The notes: generated from the sequence alone by a model not told the origin. Shown: positions 52,301-60,615, counted from the stretch's first letter. The stretch is 64,000 bases of DNA from Nymphaea colorata (GCF_008831285.2 NC_045138.2:31806001-31870000); one strand, 5' to 3'. Made by a program: numbers and translations.

Positions 52301-55300
52301 TCTTCATCAGAGAGCGCTCTAACAAGATTGTGGAGCTTCCCTAAAGATAAGTAAAGATAAGACAGGTTTAAGATCACATAACAAGGTCTTGTAGAGTTGC
52401 AGATTACCCAAAATAGATGCATTAGTTAATGCTAAAAAATTAAGGTAGAGCATTCATGAATCTTCAGCGTAATAATGGGAGATCACAGGGTCCAGAATGG
52501 AAAACTAACCACTCAAAAACTGCCGTTTCCCCTTGTGAGCATCCTCAATCATCTGGTCCAATATGGCAAGGGCTCGCTGCCTATGCCCTTGTTTGTTCAT
52601 TTCAGATACTGATGATCCAATAGTTTCCCCGGCAAAAATTGTTTGGAGGATCACCGGCTTCTCCTGAAGGCACAGAAATACCAACTTATCTTTTGTTTTA
52701 AGGAAAAGAAAAGTTGAGAAGTGGAAATGACAAGGTTACACTCCTGCTTTATTCTCTTATTGACTCATTCTTAATAATAGGAAATCTGGTGCTCTCACTC
52801 TCAGTGATATAGCCTCACAAAAAAACATGAAGGCCTTAATGTTCCTCCAGTGAAGAGGGTAGTTGTGGAATTTCTCCACTTGCAGTAAAGCCTAATTAGA
52901 CTATCAGAGAATTTAAAAACTTAAAAAAGATAATTTACAAAACTTAGTAATGCCACAAACGGGTGGTGCAAGTGCCTAAACAATTGATATATCCTAGCCA
53001 ATGTTACTGCCCAAAGCGAACCCACCTTGCACATATGTTGATATCCACAAAATCTGTGATTCTGAAGGTTAAGATTGACATACGAATTTTTAAAAAATAC
53101 ATGCTTAAACAAATCTTAATTACAAGTAAAATATCCATGTAGGAGCGAAGTGTACCGGCCAAAAAAGCAGACCAGTGAAAGAGGTCGCAGAAACTCTCTA
53201 TATGTTAACTAGGAAGGAAACATTTGAACAAACACCAAGATCTCGTCAGGATGCATTTTCCAGTCATGAAAAAAGATGTTTTGAAGAAAGGAAACATGGA
53301 GATGGGTCTATCATTATTAGGTAATAAAACAATAGAAGGTGCATTCAAAGAACTTGCCAGAGCATAAACTGGATATACAGGGGACAAGTTCTTTCCTGAC
53401 AGCCACAAATCCTTATTGGGAGACACAGTTACATAGCTAGCTAATTGTAGTATGACTAGTTGTATGCCATCAGGTTCAACAAAATTGAGAACAGAATTTT
53501 TTCCACAGGAGAAGGAAAAAAATTTGGAGACGTATTGGATGGAAAGAAATATGCCTGTAATAAATGTGGTAGTTTTTAATTTTTATTATTTCTGATGGAT
53601 GGATTGACATACAAAGGCAACCATTCATAAATTTTATTGCTTATTTATATAATGACAGCGCATCTTAGTAGTCTAAAGATATTCAGCATTTAAAGCGATA
53701 GAAGTTAAGCAATAAAAGAAGAGCATTTCCAATAATGCTTAGTATGAAATCATGCAAAAAAAGAGTTTGGCAAGCGATCAATACATTCATATCTTTTGAA
53801 CTTGTATAGCACATATTCTAAATTTGGTTCAAGAGTATATGCAACCAGTCAAGACAAGACTGAGTTGTGTTCATCATTGAGAAACTAAAGCAAGACATAT
53901 CAAAAGCCTTAAAAATGTTATGTAAACAAATATGCTATTTTCATATTTAATAAGTGCCCTGATCTCAAATTATTGATCGGAAACTTCATTTTGCTTCTGC
54001 TATTATAATGCTGACAAGCATCAAACAAATCAAGAATGCAATGTGTTGATGGTGACTGATGATTAATTGGATTTCTGTTGTAGTGTGTATGACACAGGAC
54101 CAGGCAACTAATAAATGCAATTTCTATTATTTGTGGTGAGGCAGAGGTGTTTCTTCAATTTATAAAGCCTGCCTGGAAGCTGTTAAGGGAAGTTTGACAA
54201 AGAGACACCCATGTTTCAAAAAGTTTATAAAACCTAGGATATACGACTGAGAAAATCCAAAATATAATTTCAAGCATGAAAGAAAAATAACTGCATTTGA
54301 CATTTGAAAATTTTCAATAATCTAAATTCAACTTTAGTATGAAAATGATATACATGGGCTTCTAAACTTGAGTGGCAAAAAATATGACTACAAGTATGCA
54401 CCACCATGAGTTGTTCGATCAACATAATCAGAGGGCCTACAAATATAATATAACTTTTCCAGAAAGTTAATAAATAATAATGGATAATTGTTGAGTTGGC
54501 AAGCAACTAAACATGTGTCCATATGCCAGATCAAGCTGATTGAACAGCTCATTTTTTGTGCGTGTGTGTCTATATATATATTTATTTATCCTTCCTCTAG
54601 CCTCACAGCACGTGCCCCGATGCATGCATCAGGGCATGTGTGGCTTTAGCAACAATTTATGGTCCTTTTAGTGACGAATTTTTAAATTTTATCTATCCAG
54701 CACATAGCAGCATTTACTTTTCCTATCTATCTATATATATAAAACTGTCACAGAATATCATGCTCAGGTTTTTACCAGCAAGGCTCTCCTTGGGTATTAA
54801 GAAAACCTCAGGAACTCAAGCCAAAAAAAGAATATATAAAAAAAATTGAGTTTTCTACTAATTTTCTTAAAAGCCATTTAAAATCCAAAATGGTCATTAA
54901 AATGTTAAAATAAATATCAACAATATAAAATATATTAAAAACATTATTTTTTTGAAAAAGGAAAAATGGCAACAGAAATGTGATACATGTGAGAGGTAGC
55001 ATATTGCACCAGGAATACATCACTATGAGGAATGACGCCCTCAAAGTTGCCTTGGTGCATTAGCGAGAATTCTGTTGTACAAAAGCAGTGACTGATGGTT
55101 CCTACCAACATCAAGAAGGTATGAATTGGTTTTGTGCTGCACTATGTAAGCTTTCTCTTGTTATTGCATATCCTAGTTTGTTCCAAAAACCATGGAGACA
55201 AATAACGCCCTAGACGGTGCAGGACCCACAGTTTCAAGATACACGCCACACACAAAATATCTGAAGTGTCTGAAAGCATGCATAAATATTTCAATCATCA

Positions 55301-55824
55301 TAATAAAAAATAAACCTGCTCCACAAAATCAGTCAAGCGCTGAAGGACACGCTTTGTAACAGAAATTATGCATATCTCTTGAACCCTATCCCAGTGAGTT
55401 AAGCCTGCCCTTGGAGCACCTCCAGGATAAATTTCAGATAACAAAGTCCTTGCCTGGGCATAAAGGCAAACACCAGGTTAGGAAACCAAATCCACAAATT
55501 CGACTTCTGTAGCAAGAATTCGAGAAGTACTTAATCTTGCCTGCTTTAGCAGCTGCCTACACAATTCAACGGATCTAGCAGATGTTGTAGCCACATCAAC
55601 ACAAAGAAGAACCTAACAAATTGAAAATTATACTTGATCAGATAAATGCTTCTAATAAGATGGATAATTATCCAACGTTTGTGTTTCAAAAGATGGAGTA
55701 GATTTTATCAGACAAAAGGCCATACTGCTGCTATAGGTCCTAATTGAGAACGCAGAGAAGAAAAGTCGAGTTCCTGTTCAGCACTGGGAATTCCCTCAGC
55801 AACACGAGAGAGAGCATCATCTAC
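1288..55824 (-). CDS. ZFYVE26: Spastizin/SPG15 (ZFYVE26)-like protein, plant AP-5-associated; 3' part of gene, 27 coding exons in window, 5' exons beyond 64000
   Basis: 27 exons with GT-AG borders (one GC-AG) join in phase into 1688 aa ending ...DMCRQWFDRNL*. Motifs recognised from plant ZFYVE26 homologues: DGIDTTHDFNFFSLVYEWPKD, GHGWACIP, LNRWIQMQ, WVLTGD...HRYESAPDITLFK, DHVAAGLCCIQLF, CGRLKTAFQIASR. Identity is by recall, not by search. Confidence 0.9.
2050..2149 (-). CDS. ZFYVE26: ZFYVE26-like exon (KVIACVICGRLKTAFQIASRNGSTADVDYVAHQ)
   Basis: AG/GT borders, phase 2 to 0; within ORF 2008..2265. Confidence 0.9.
2417..2502 (-). CDS. ZFYVE26: ZFYVE26-like exon (VLLAAIVIYANKHRERPDRLIDMLKSVH)
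   Basis: AG/GT borders, phase 0 to 2. Confidence 0.88.
2961..3076 (-). CDS. ZFYVE26: ZFYVE26-like exon (VDIYAAVAKSLAERKKG...DSDWDQ)
   Basis: AG/GT borders, phase 1 to 0; within ORF 2949..3173. Confidence 0.9.
3189..3271 (-). CDS. ZFYVE26: ZFYVE26-like exon (RRCEVAETLAEKNFDLAFQVIYEFNLP)
   Basis: AG/GT borders, phase 2 to 1; within ORF 3070..3288. Confidence 0.9.
3950..5914 (-). mobile_element. Copia element A: 3'-truncated remnant (5' LTR ~5724-5914, PBS, leader, gag only)
   Basis: iMet PBS TGGTATCAGAGC on minus strand at 5712-5723; gag ORF with KLDGSNYEIW and CTYCGKIGHLEYRC zinc knuckle; no protease/integrase/RT or second LTR; 3' breakpoint approximate. Confidence 0.8.
4095..4943 (-). pseudogene. 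Copia gag (capsid-like + CCHC knuckle) of element A
   Basis: ORF 4095..4958, first ATG at 4943; similar to the gag of element E. Confidence 0.8.
5950..6035. repeat. Perfect 43-bp tandem duplication
   Basis: ATTGCTAGTGTTATTATTTGTAGACAATCATATGTAGAGCCAC twice (5950-5992, 5993-6035). Confidence 0.95.
7270..7545 (-). repeat. 3' LTR of element B (first ~8 nt and PPT missing)
   Basis: Aligns to 15606-15881; joined directly to the RNase H coding end. Confidence 0.9.
7505..11689 (-). pseudogene. Element B gag-pol, main part (gag C-part, protease DSG, integrase, RT YVDD, RNase H)
   Basis: ORFs 11543..11812 (part), 11252..11533, 10751..11248, 9749..10747, 7505..9697, separated by in-frame stops. Confidence 0.92.
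11690..15205 (+). mobile_element. hAT-superfamily DNA transposon, 3516 bp, nested in element B gag
   Basis: TIR CAATGTTGTA ... TACAACATTG; perfect 8-bp TSD ATTTGACG (11682-11689, 15206-15213); CGTATCGTACGATACG subterminal repeats; transposase gene inside. Confidence 0.97.
12239..14771 (+). pseudogene. hAT transposase (BED zinc finger, DUF659-type core, hAT dimerisation domain, acidic tail); exons 12239-14090, 14181-14385, 14483-14771; one premature TAA at 12545-12547
   Basis: WQWC..CGFC..HHLAG..C BED finger; SDGWTD, ITDNAANY, WSPCATHC, TRFATN, SASGCERNWS motifs; two GT-AG introns restore frame (782 codons including the terminal stop). Confidence 0.9.
15214..15309 (-). pseudogene. Element B gag N-terminus (MDPHRNSSILSSNFLSQLISQKLNHTNYLIWK)
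   Basis: Continues in frame across the hAT TSD into RQIVPFIKSHSLYGHLNG. Confidence 0.88.
15606..15889 (-). repeat. 5' LTR of element B (284 bp)
   Basis: TG...CA ends, adjacent PBS and CCCAT TSD. Confidence 0.95.
16132..16220 (-). CDS. ZFYVE26: ZFYVE26-like exon (VNVVKSFSDNDGPPWKHSLFGNPNDPETF)
   Basis: AG/GT borders, phase 0 to 2; conserved WKHSLFGNPND. Confidence 0.9.
16809..17512. repeat. (TA)n(GA)n microsatellites at 16809-16858 and 17428-17512 flanking a ~570-bp GC-richer element with 11-bp inverted motif CCAGCTGAGCA
   Basis: Motif at 16882-16892 and its reverse complement at 17415-17425; probable non-autonomous DNA element. Confidence 0.55.
18061..18204 (-). CDS. ZFYVE26: ZFYVE26-like exon (LHFEEGLSARH...FSSRVIIQ)
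   Basis: AG/GT borders, 48 codons. Confidence 0.9.
18433..18534 (-). CDS. ZFYVE26: ZFYVE26-like exon (VLKKDHVAAGLCCIQLFMNSCSQDEATKHLENAK)
   Basis: AG/GT borders, 34 codons. Confidence 0.92.
18806..19249. mobile_element. AT-rich MITE-like insertion interrupting one copy of a local duplication
   Basis: Degenerate inverted ends (tgttacagatatc / gatatttgtgaca); absent from the paralogous unit 18556-18755. Confidence 0.55.
21076..21361 (+). repeat. 5' LTR of element C
   Basis: TG...CA; followed by PBS. Confidence 0.97.
21773..26083 (+). pseudogene. Element C gag-pol polyprotein (1437 codons) with one in-frame TAG at 24464-24466
   Basis: ORFs 21743..24466 and 24548..26083 share a frame; CTHCNKLGHSVDFC knuckle, WIVDSGA protease, D-D-E integrase, YVDD RT, DADWAG/SAEAEY/CDNKSA RNase H. 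Confidence 0.95.
26078..26363 (+). repeat. 3' LTR of element C
   Basis: Preceded by PPT; followed by TTTTG TSD. Confidence 0.97.
26588..28332. mobile_element. Putative non-autonomous Mutator-like element (~26645-28256) with long degenerate inverted termini, flanked by (TA)n tracts
   Basis: Nested inverted matches CACCCTCCACCCA (26798-26810 vs 27987-27999) and ATAGTTGGCAAAC (26854-26866 vs 27960-27972); (TA)n 26588-26644 and (TA)n(GA)n 28257-28332; superfamily is inferred. Confidence 0.55.
27427..27534. repeat. 32-bp minisatellite, ~3.4 copies
   Basis: CCCAACAGCTAGAAATNTAGCAGTTAGAGCTG at 27427, 27459, 27491 and partial at 27523. Confidence 0.92.
28545..28906 (+). mobile_element. L1-like non-LTR retrotransposon remnant, part upstream of Copia D
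   Basis: WKVGNGEWIRFWIDRW motif typical of plant L1 ORF2 downstream of RT; frame runs into ...TRDWW at the Copia D TSD. Confidence 0.75.
28907..34456 (+). mobile_element. Copia element D: old full-length degenerate relative of element C
   Basis: LTRs 28907-29157 and 34216-34456 (~18 substitutions plus a ~10-bp indel); TSD GTGGA both sides; PBS at 29158; PPT at 34205-34215. Confidence 0.96.
29885..34221 (+). pseudogene. Element D gag-pol, many frameshifts and stops
   Basis: Fragments 29864..30457, 30348..30932, 31096..31908, 31932..32180, 32404..33498, 33770..34221 collinear with element C protein. Confidence 0.93.
34457..35550 (+). mobile_element. L1-like remnant, 3' part (zf-RVT-like region and degenerate C-terminus)
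   Basis: RKKIW...GIQLANHCSF..CAEETNAHIF..CKLANEVW continues the upstream fragment; AATAAA near 35503 and a short A run near 35547; 3' end approximate. Confidence 0.7.
36380..36745 (-). CDS. ZFYVE26: ZFYVE26-like exon (YAKQEMLGFMFRHG...HKHFNFLYMFQ)
   Basis: AG/GT borders, 122 codons; within ORF 36233..36793. Confidence 0.92.
37114..37345 (-). CDS. ZFYVE26: ZFYVE26-like exon (YEHLARSAPTILDDSLSADAYL...ECISYLQE)
   Basis: AG/GT borders, phase 2 to 0. Confidence 0.92.
37743..37788. repeat. Perfect 23-bp tandem duplication
   Basis: AGGAACCAGGTTCATTCATAAAT x2. Confidence 0.92.
39017..39121 (-). CDS. ZFYVE26: ZFYVE26-like exon (QALQLHKGDPAAVVLDIINTIESGPPVDVSAARS)
   Basis: AG/GT borders, phase 2 to 2. 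Confidence 0.9.
39232..39314 (-). CDS. ZFYVE26: ZFYVE26-like exon (IDAFLVWNAWGHALIRMERYAQARVKF)
   Basis: AG/GT borders, phase 0 to 2. Confidence 0.9.
39411..39740 (-). CDS. ZFYVE26: ZFYVE26-like exon (ALIHSKAQLKK...YSMAVYTCKKCK)
   Basis: AG/GT borders, 110 codons. Confidence 0.92.
39833..39994 (-). CDS. ZFYVE26: ZFYVE26-like exon (ALLSLCTDETVTAKGALE...ATETFVQ)
   Basis: AG/GT borders, 54 codons. Confidence 0.92.
40118..40606 (-). CDS. ZFYVE26: ZFYVE26-like exon (IMKEFPSLRDN...HRYESAPDITLFK)
   Basis: AG/GT borders, 163 codons. Confidence 0.92.
40696..40893 (-). CDS. ZFYVE26: ZFYVE26-like exon (VHFFLKRRDG...KQLDSASQ)
   Basis: AG/GT borders, 66 codons. Confidence 0.92.
41016..41306 (-). CDS. 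ZFYVE26: ZFYVE26-like exon (VEADCKEDPEGLALRLA...LRSKQLL)
   Basis: AG/GT borders, 97 codons. Confidence 0.92.
41446..41523 (-). CDS. ZFYVE26: ZFYVE26-like exon (AILARQALQRYGHILCADDRYNSWQE)
   Basis: AG/GT borders, 26 codons. Confidence 0.9.
43273..43363 (-). CDS. ZFYVE26: ZFYVE26-like exon (YLHRWELNAAMDVLTMCICHLPQGDPLRSE)
   Basis: AG/GT borders, phase 2 to 0. Confidence 0.9.
44063..44406. mobile_element. AT-rich hAT-like MITE
   Basis: Ends CATTATCACAAA / (revcomp) CATTGTTACAGA; flanks TTTCAAGC and GTTCAAGA share TTCAAG; A-rich left half, T-rich right half. Confidence 0.6.
45026..45235 (-). CDS. ZFYVE26: ZFYVE26-like exon (LIGEGKYLDALALSDR...SWQYCLRLKDKQLAARLAL)
   Basis: AG/GT borders, phase 2 to 2. 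Confidence 0.92.
45727..46090 (-). mobile_element. TRIM (terminal-repeat retrotransposon in miniature), degenerate
   Basis: Short LTRs ~45954-46090 and 45727-45869; PBS-like TAGTATCAGAGC (45941-45952); purine tract AAGAAAAGGAGGGGTGGGGAT before the 3' LTR; ~85-bp internal domain. Confidence 0.75.
46270..46470 (+). pseudogene. Ty3/Gypsy integrase N-terminal zinc-binding (H2C2) fragment
   Basis: YTMYPKSTKMYLNIKRNFWW/GMKKEIVEFISRCFMC across one frameshift, matching the recalled Gypsy consensus YSIHPGSTKMY..L...WWPGMK.DI..FV..C..C; 5' limit approximate. Confidence 0.7.
46488..46879 (+). mobile_element. TRIM of the same family, preceded by an extra PPT (tandem-array type)
   Basis: LTRs 46488-46662 and 46745-46879 (TGTAAC...CA); PBS TGGTATCAAAG at 46664; G-rich PPT before 46745; second PPT-like CTTAAGGGGTGTGAAAT at 46471-46487. 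Confidence 0.78.
48130..48483 (-). CDS. ZFYVE26: ZFYVE26-like exon (FLTLNRWIQMQSNLHRVSE...DWENEGPYEEAVE)
   Basis: AG/GT borders, phase 2 to 2. Confidence 0.92.
48573..49033 (-). CDS. ZFYVE26: ZFYVE26-like exon (LLTRLVFERS...GHGWACIP...FYEFALEQSH)
   Basis: AG/GT borders, phase 0 to 2. Confidence 0.92.
51116..51169. repeat. Perfect 27-bp tandem duplication
   Basis: CTCTTTCCACTGTATCAATATCATACA x2. Confidence 0.92.
51973..52340 (-). CDS. ZFYVE26: ZFYVE26-like exon (KLHNLVRALSDEE...DTTHDFNFFSLVYEWPKD)
   Basis: AG/GT borders, phase 1 to 0. Confidence 0.92.
52510..52663 (-). CDS. ZFYVE26: ZFYVE26-like exon (EKPVILQTIFAGE...QMIEDAHKGKRQFLS)
   Basis: AG/GT borders, phase 0 to 1. Confidence 0.9.
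55316..55453 (-). CDS. ZFYVE26: ZFYVE26-like exon (ARTLLSEIYPGG...KRVLQRLTDFVEQ)
   Basis: AG/GT borders, 46 codons. Confidence 0.9.
55541..55612 (-). CDS. ZFYVE26: ZFYVE26-like exon (VLLCVDVATTSARSVELCRQLLKQ), followed by a GC donor
   Basis: AG acceptor; donor CAG|GCAAG; 24 codons. Confidence 0.85.
55726..55824 (-). CDS. ZFYVE26: ZFYVE26-like exon (VDDALSRVAEG...DFSSLRSQLGPIAA), most 5' exon in window
   Basis: AG/GT borders, 33 codons. Confidence 0.88.
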
Positions 55825-57272
55825 CTGTCAAAAAACAAATAGATTAGTTTCAACTAGTTCAGCATATACACAGGTATGTAATGCATTCATAAGCAGAAAG
55901 ATAAATGCATACACAGATGCATATATGAATATATACATGGAAAAGAAAATAAATGCCTCCCTTCTTCTAAACTACCTGTGTGCCCCGAGTCTGTCCCTCT
56001 AGTTCAAAAGGGGTTAGGCACCAAATGTTAATACTTGTGTGCACATGTATATCAGTATATAATATGTATGTAAGTATATCCAAAACTGTTGATACAGAAA
56101 GTTTGGTAATCAGCTAGTTTCAACCTGACAGACTTTGTAAGAGGACAAAACACTGACGAAATTATAGTGTCATACTTTCCAGGTCCTCTAAAAGTTTATA
56201 CCTTTTGCACTAATATACCTGACTTTGGTGTCAAAAGCAACTTAATAGATATTCACGCAATTCCTCCTGATGTCTTAAATGAATTTCCTCAGTTGGATTC
56301 ATTTTTATGTTAGTACAAAGGGCTCACACAGGCTAGGTTTGAAATTGGTATAACTTTTATGAACCTGACTTGATGACCAAACACAGCACAGTACACTTAA
56401 GTGAAGCCAGGCCTGGCTCGTTGAAATGAACGTTAGTGAACTTTGAACATAGAGTCAACATGTTTAAAAATTGATATCTGTTAAAACTTTTCTCTTTGGG
56501 TAGTTCTCATTTAAAACTTGTTTGAAGAAAGAGTTTCTATTCAGTATCATTGGACAGTTTTCAATGACCTCTTTTTGTTGAGAAAACGTGCTGCTTTTGA
56601 TATTTAAAGTGTTATGTGTTTTGGTATTTAGTATTAGGTAGCTTTCTGAATTTTTAATATTTTGGTGGACTCTTTATGTAAAGGATTAATCTTAGCCCTA
56701 ATCCTATTTAGTCTAATGAAAAGAGGAGCAGCTAACGACTTTTCTGGACCGCTACCTTTCTCTCCTCCTTCCTCTCGTTCTTCTTCTCTACCTCACAACG
56801 TAACATGGTATCAGAGCCTCGGGCCTAGGACTGTGATGTCTAGGGTTTCACGCGGCTTTTCTCTCTCCTTTTCTCTTCCTTTCATTCACGATAAAGTTGG
56901 GCGTCTAAGGTTGCTGCAGTCGGTGGGACTGCTTGATAAAGAAAAAGGGGCAGATCACATTCTTCATGTAGAGACGTGATCTGTACCCTATGTTGCTGCT
57001 GAAGAAGATGTGTTGCTGTTGACGTTCAGATCTGAAGGTCGAAGTCCCTCATGTTGCTGAAGAAGACGTGTTGCTGTTGACGTTCAGATCTGATGTTCAG
57101 ATCTGAATGCAGAAGCGTATTAAATCTAACCTTGATGGTTGATGGTGCCGTTGCAAATTGTTGGTGTTGATCAGATCTGATTCAGTGGATGTTATTACAA
57201 TATATATATATATATAATATCAGATCAGACGTTGATTTTCTGTCGCAGGTTTGATTTTCAGACGTTGATTAT

Positions 57273-57310
<38 letters not shown>

Positions 57311-57401
57311 CGTCTGATCTGCCTGGCGTGTGGTGTAGAGTTTCCTTTTCAGTCGCAGGTTGATTTTCAGTCTATCGTGGGCCTGGTTTCGTGGTTTTAT
57401 C

Positions 57402-58306
57402 ATGGCTGCAAACAGATCTATACAATTTGATAGAACTGAATCTGGAAATAACACATAGAGGCAAGTGTTGAATACAAAGCTTTCTCAAATCCTTTTTCGT
57501 TTGGATCTACTATCAAACTTGATGGAGCCGACTATGATGTATGGGCTAGAACCTTCATGTTGTCGGTCGTTGGACATGGAAAGAAATATATATTAGAAGA
57601 AGATGAACCAGTTGAAAAAACTGGTAAATACGCACGGTGGGAGGAAGAAAACAGCATTATTAGTGCTTGGCTTATAAATAGCACTTAGCCCCACATTGTT
57701 ATTATAATACAGCCAAAGATATGTGGAATTCTCTTCGACAGACGTATTCTCAAGATAAAAATATCAGCAAAATTTTACAGGTTCAGCAAGAATTGTTACA
57801 AATGCAGCAAGGTGACATGGATTTGACAGAATATTTTACAAAGTTGAAGTTTACTTATGAAAAGATGAATTCCTTAAAACCGTCCTGTAAGCATTGTCTC
57901 AAATCTCACATGGAGCAAATGATTGTGGTTAAATTTCTTGTTGGACTATCCTCTTATTATTCTGCATCCAAGGCTCAAATGCTTACAGGCTCTAATTTTC
58001 CTGATCTTGATGAGGCCAGACTAAACAGATTGGCTGTTACTCTTCCTCCATCCTCGAACAACTCGCAGCCATCTGCCCTTGCCTCATTTGGAGGAGGAAG
58101 AGGTGGTCTGTACTCTTCCCATGGTAGAGGAAGAGGCCGAGGCCCTGGAGGACGTTGGAAGACTTCAGTGCACATATTGTGGTCGTCTTGGTCACCTAGA
58201 GGATAGGTGCTGGAATAAAGTGGGCAAACCTAACTCATCCACTTCTTCGTCTGTGACATCTTCATCCAACTCTACTCCAAACACACATCCAGCTCTCAGG
58301 AGGTAA
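57402..58306 (+). pseudogene. Element E gag (stops and frameshifts; CTYCGRLGHLEDRC knuckle)
   Basis: KLDGADYDVW motif near 57515; ORFs 57721..58206 and 58079..58306; start approximate. Confidence 0.85.
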
Positions 58307-58326
58307 GTAGTTTTGAATTACATAAC

Positions 58327-60024
58327 ATGCCTGAGTGTTCCCTTAATGCTCCAGTTCCTGATGAATTACCTATTGCTCTGCGTAAAGGGATTAGACAATG
58401 TACAATTCATCCACTTTCTAAGTTTGTTAGTACAACTCATGTGAGAAATTATATGTGCAAATTCATTGATGCCTTGTCAGCTACGTCCATTCCTATTTCA
58501 CATGAACAAGCTATGTTGGACTCTAAGTGGTACCAAACTATGAAGGAGGAGATGGATTCTCTAATATCTCGTCACACTTGGGATCTCGTTGAACCTTCTT
58601 ATGGGGCAGATATTGTTGGCTCGAAATGGGTTTTCACTATCAAGTACAACTCAAATGGTACAGTTGAGTACTACAAGGCACGTTTGGTAGCAAAAGGGTA
58701 CACAGAGACATATGGTGTTGACTTCTTTGAAACCTTCTCTACTGTGGCACGTTTGGGCACTATACGACTCATTATATCTGTTGCAGTTCATTATGGTTGG
58801 AACATGTACCAACTCGATGTTAAAAATGTCTTTCTTTATAGGGATTTAACTGAAGTAGTCTATATGCAGCAACCACCCGGCTTTGAGAAACAGGGGGAGT
58901 GTACCAAGGTATGTTTGTTAAAGAAAGCTACATATGGTTTGAAACAGAGTCCTAGAGCATGGTTTCAGAAGTTGTGTGACGTTGTGTCTAAGTTTGAGTT
59001 TCAGAGATCGCCTCTAGACCATTCATTGTTCATAAAAAGGACTTCCAGAGGTATAGTTGTTATAGTGGTATATGTGGATGATATTATTTTAACTGGTGAC
59101 AATGAACAAGAAATACAGGACACAAAAGAGTATTTGCAAAAACATTTTGTCACTAAAGACCTTGGCTCTCTACGTTACTTCTTGGGGATAGAAGCGGCAA
59201 GGAGCAAAGAAGGTTTAGTTCTTTCTCAAAGAAAATATGTTCTTGATTTGCTTCACGAAACAGGTATGACTGGAACTAAACCAGCTTCTATACCCATGAA
59301 TTCTCGCACTCATTTATATGATGACAAATCTGAGCCTGTTGATAGCAAATCATATCGGTCTCTCATTGGAAAGCTACTATATGTAACAATTACTAGAACT
59401 GATATATCCTTTGCTGTGGGAAAACTAAGCCAATTTATGGACAAGCCGAGGAAAGCCCATTGGGATGCAGCTCTGTTATTATTGAAATTTCTAAAAAGCT
59501 CCCCTGGAAAGGGACTATTATTTAGAAGAAGCACCTCAGTTCAGATAGAAGCTTACTCTGATGCAGATTATGCAGGCTCAGTTGATGATAGAAAGTCCAC
59601 TACGGGATTTTGTATCTTTGTTGATGGCAACTTAGTCTCTTGGAGAAGTAAAAAACAAGCTGTTGTTGCTCGATCAAGTGCAGAGTTAGAATATCGAGCC
59701 ATGGCCCAAACAGCCACTGAGATAACATGGGTGAAAGGCATGCTAGAAGGTCTTGGAATTCAGGTTGAGCTACCTATAAAAATGCAATGTGATAATAAAG
59801 CGGCTACTTACATAGCAAATAATCTGGTCTTCCACGAACGGACCAAACATATTGAAGTTGATTGTCATTACATTAAAGACTTAGTCCAAGCAGGGATTAT
59901 CTCTACTGAGTATATTGCTTCCGAAGACCAACCTGCAGACATATTTACCAAAGCTCTTCCAATATCCAATTTCATAAAGTGTTATAGCAAGCTGAGCATG
60001 ATAGACATCTATGCTCCAGCTTGA
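58327..60024 (+). CDS. Element E reverse transcriptase-RNase H ORF (565 aa, uninterrupted; expression unknown)
   Basis: KARLVAKG, YGLKQSPRAW, YVDD, DADYAG, RTKHIEVD motifs. Confidence 0.8.
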   Translation: MPECSLNAPVPDELPIALRKGIRQCTIHPLSKFVSTTHVRNYMCKFIDALSATSIPISHEQAMLDSKWYQTMKEEMDSLISRHTWDLVEPSYGADIVGSKWVFTIKYNSNGTVEYYKARLVAKGYTETYGVDFFETFSTVARLGTIRLIISVAVHYGWNMYQLDVKNVFLYRDLTEVVYMQQPPGFEKQGECTKVCLLKKATYGLKQSPRAWFQKLCDVVSKFEFQRSPLDHSLFIKRTSRGIVVIVVYVDDIILTGDNEQEIQDTKEYLQKHFVTKDLGSLRYFLGIEAARSKEGLVLSQRKYVLDLLHETGMTGTKPASIPMNSRTHLYDDKSEPVDSKSYRSLIGKLLYVTITRTDISFAVGKLSQFMDKPRKAHWDAALLLLKFLKSSPGKGLLFRRSTSVQIEAYSDADYAGSVDDRKSTTGFCIFVDGNLVSWRSKKQAVVARSSAELEYRAMAQTATEITWVKGMLEGLGIQVELPIKMQCDNKAATYIANNLVFHERTKHIEVDCHYIKDLVQAGIISTEYIASEDQPADIFTKALPISNFIKCYSKLSMIDIYAPA

Positions 60025-60615
60025 GGGGGAGTGTTGAGAAAACGTGTTGCTTTTGATATTTAAAGTGTTATGTGTTTTGGTATTTAGTATTAGGTAGTTT
60101 TCTGAATTTTTAATATTTTGGTGGACTCTTTATGTAAAGGGTTAATCTTAACCCTAATCCTATTTAGTCTAATGAAAAGAGGAGCAGCTAACAACTTGCT
60201 TGGACTACTACCTTTCTCTCCTCCTTCCTATCGTTCTTCTTCTCTACCTCACAACGTAACACTTTTCAAAAAACATCCACAAAAAGAAACTGAATCTTTA
60301 TTAATTAACCACTAGAACAGTTTCAAGTTTGAACAATTAACTATTGGCTATACAGTAAGCAACACCGACTAGATTCAAGCAAGCCTAATTGCCCCAATTG
60401 AGCTATAGATCTAGTTCTTACCTATTTCTTTAGCTTGAGTCCAACCTTAGAACAAGGCTGTGCTACTAGATCCTTGGACAAGGCAGGTTCAGACACCATT
60501 TTCCATTTGGCTTGCATATTTTTTCCTCTAAGGGCTTTTGGCACAACCATGGGACATCATCTTCTATTTTGCTTGCTCATTTTCTCTCTAAACAATATTA
60601 ATGGCCAATCACCTC

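Larger units (their letters stand above)
56576..60261 (+). mobile_element. Copia element E: internally deleted (gag + RT/RNase H, no protease or integrase), 3686 bp
   Basis: 230-bp LTRs 56576-56805 and 60032-60261 (~11 mismatches); TSD CTTTT both sides; PBS at 56806; PPT before 60032. Confidence 0.95.

Noticed and set aside
58285..58300. PR-INT loss in element E as a reverse-transcribed spliced RNA
   Set aside because: The matching position in sibling F (CCATCTT|GCTCTC) has no AG acceptor, and the predicted Gag intron ends before integrase rather than after it.
21773..60024. Bipartite complementation system (C supplies Gag-PR-IN, E supplies RT-RH)
   Set aside because: Different LTR families and ages, and no evidence that the E RT ORF is expressed; coincidence is sufficient.
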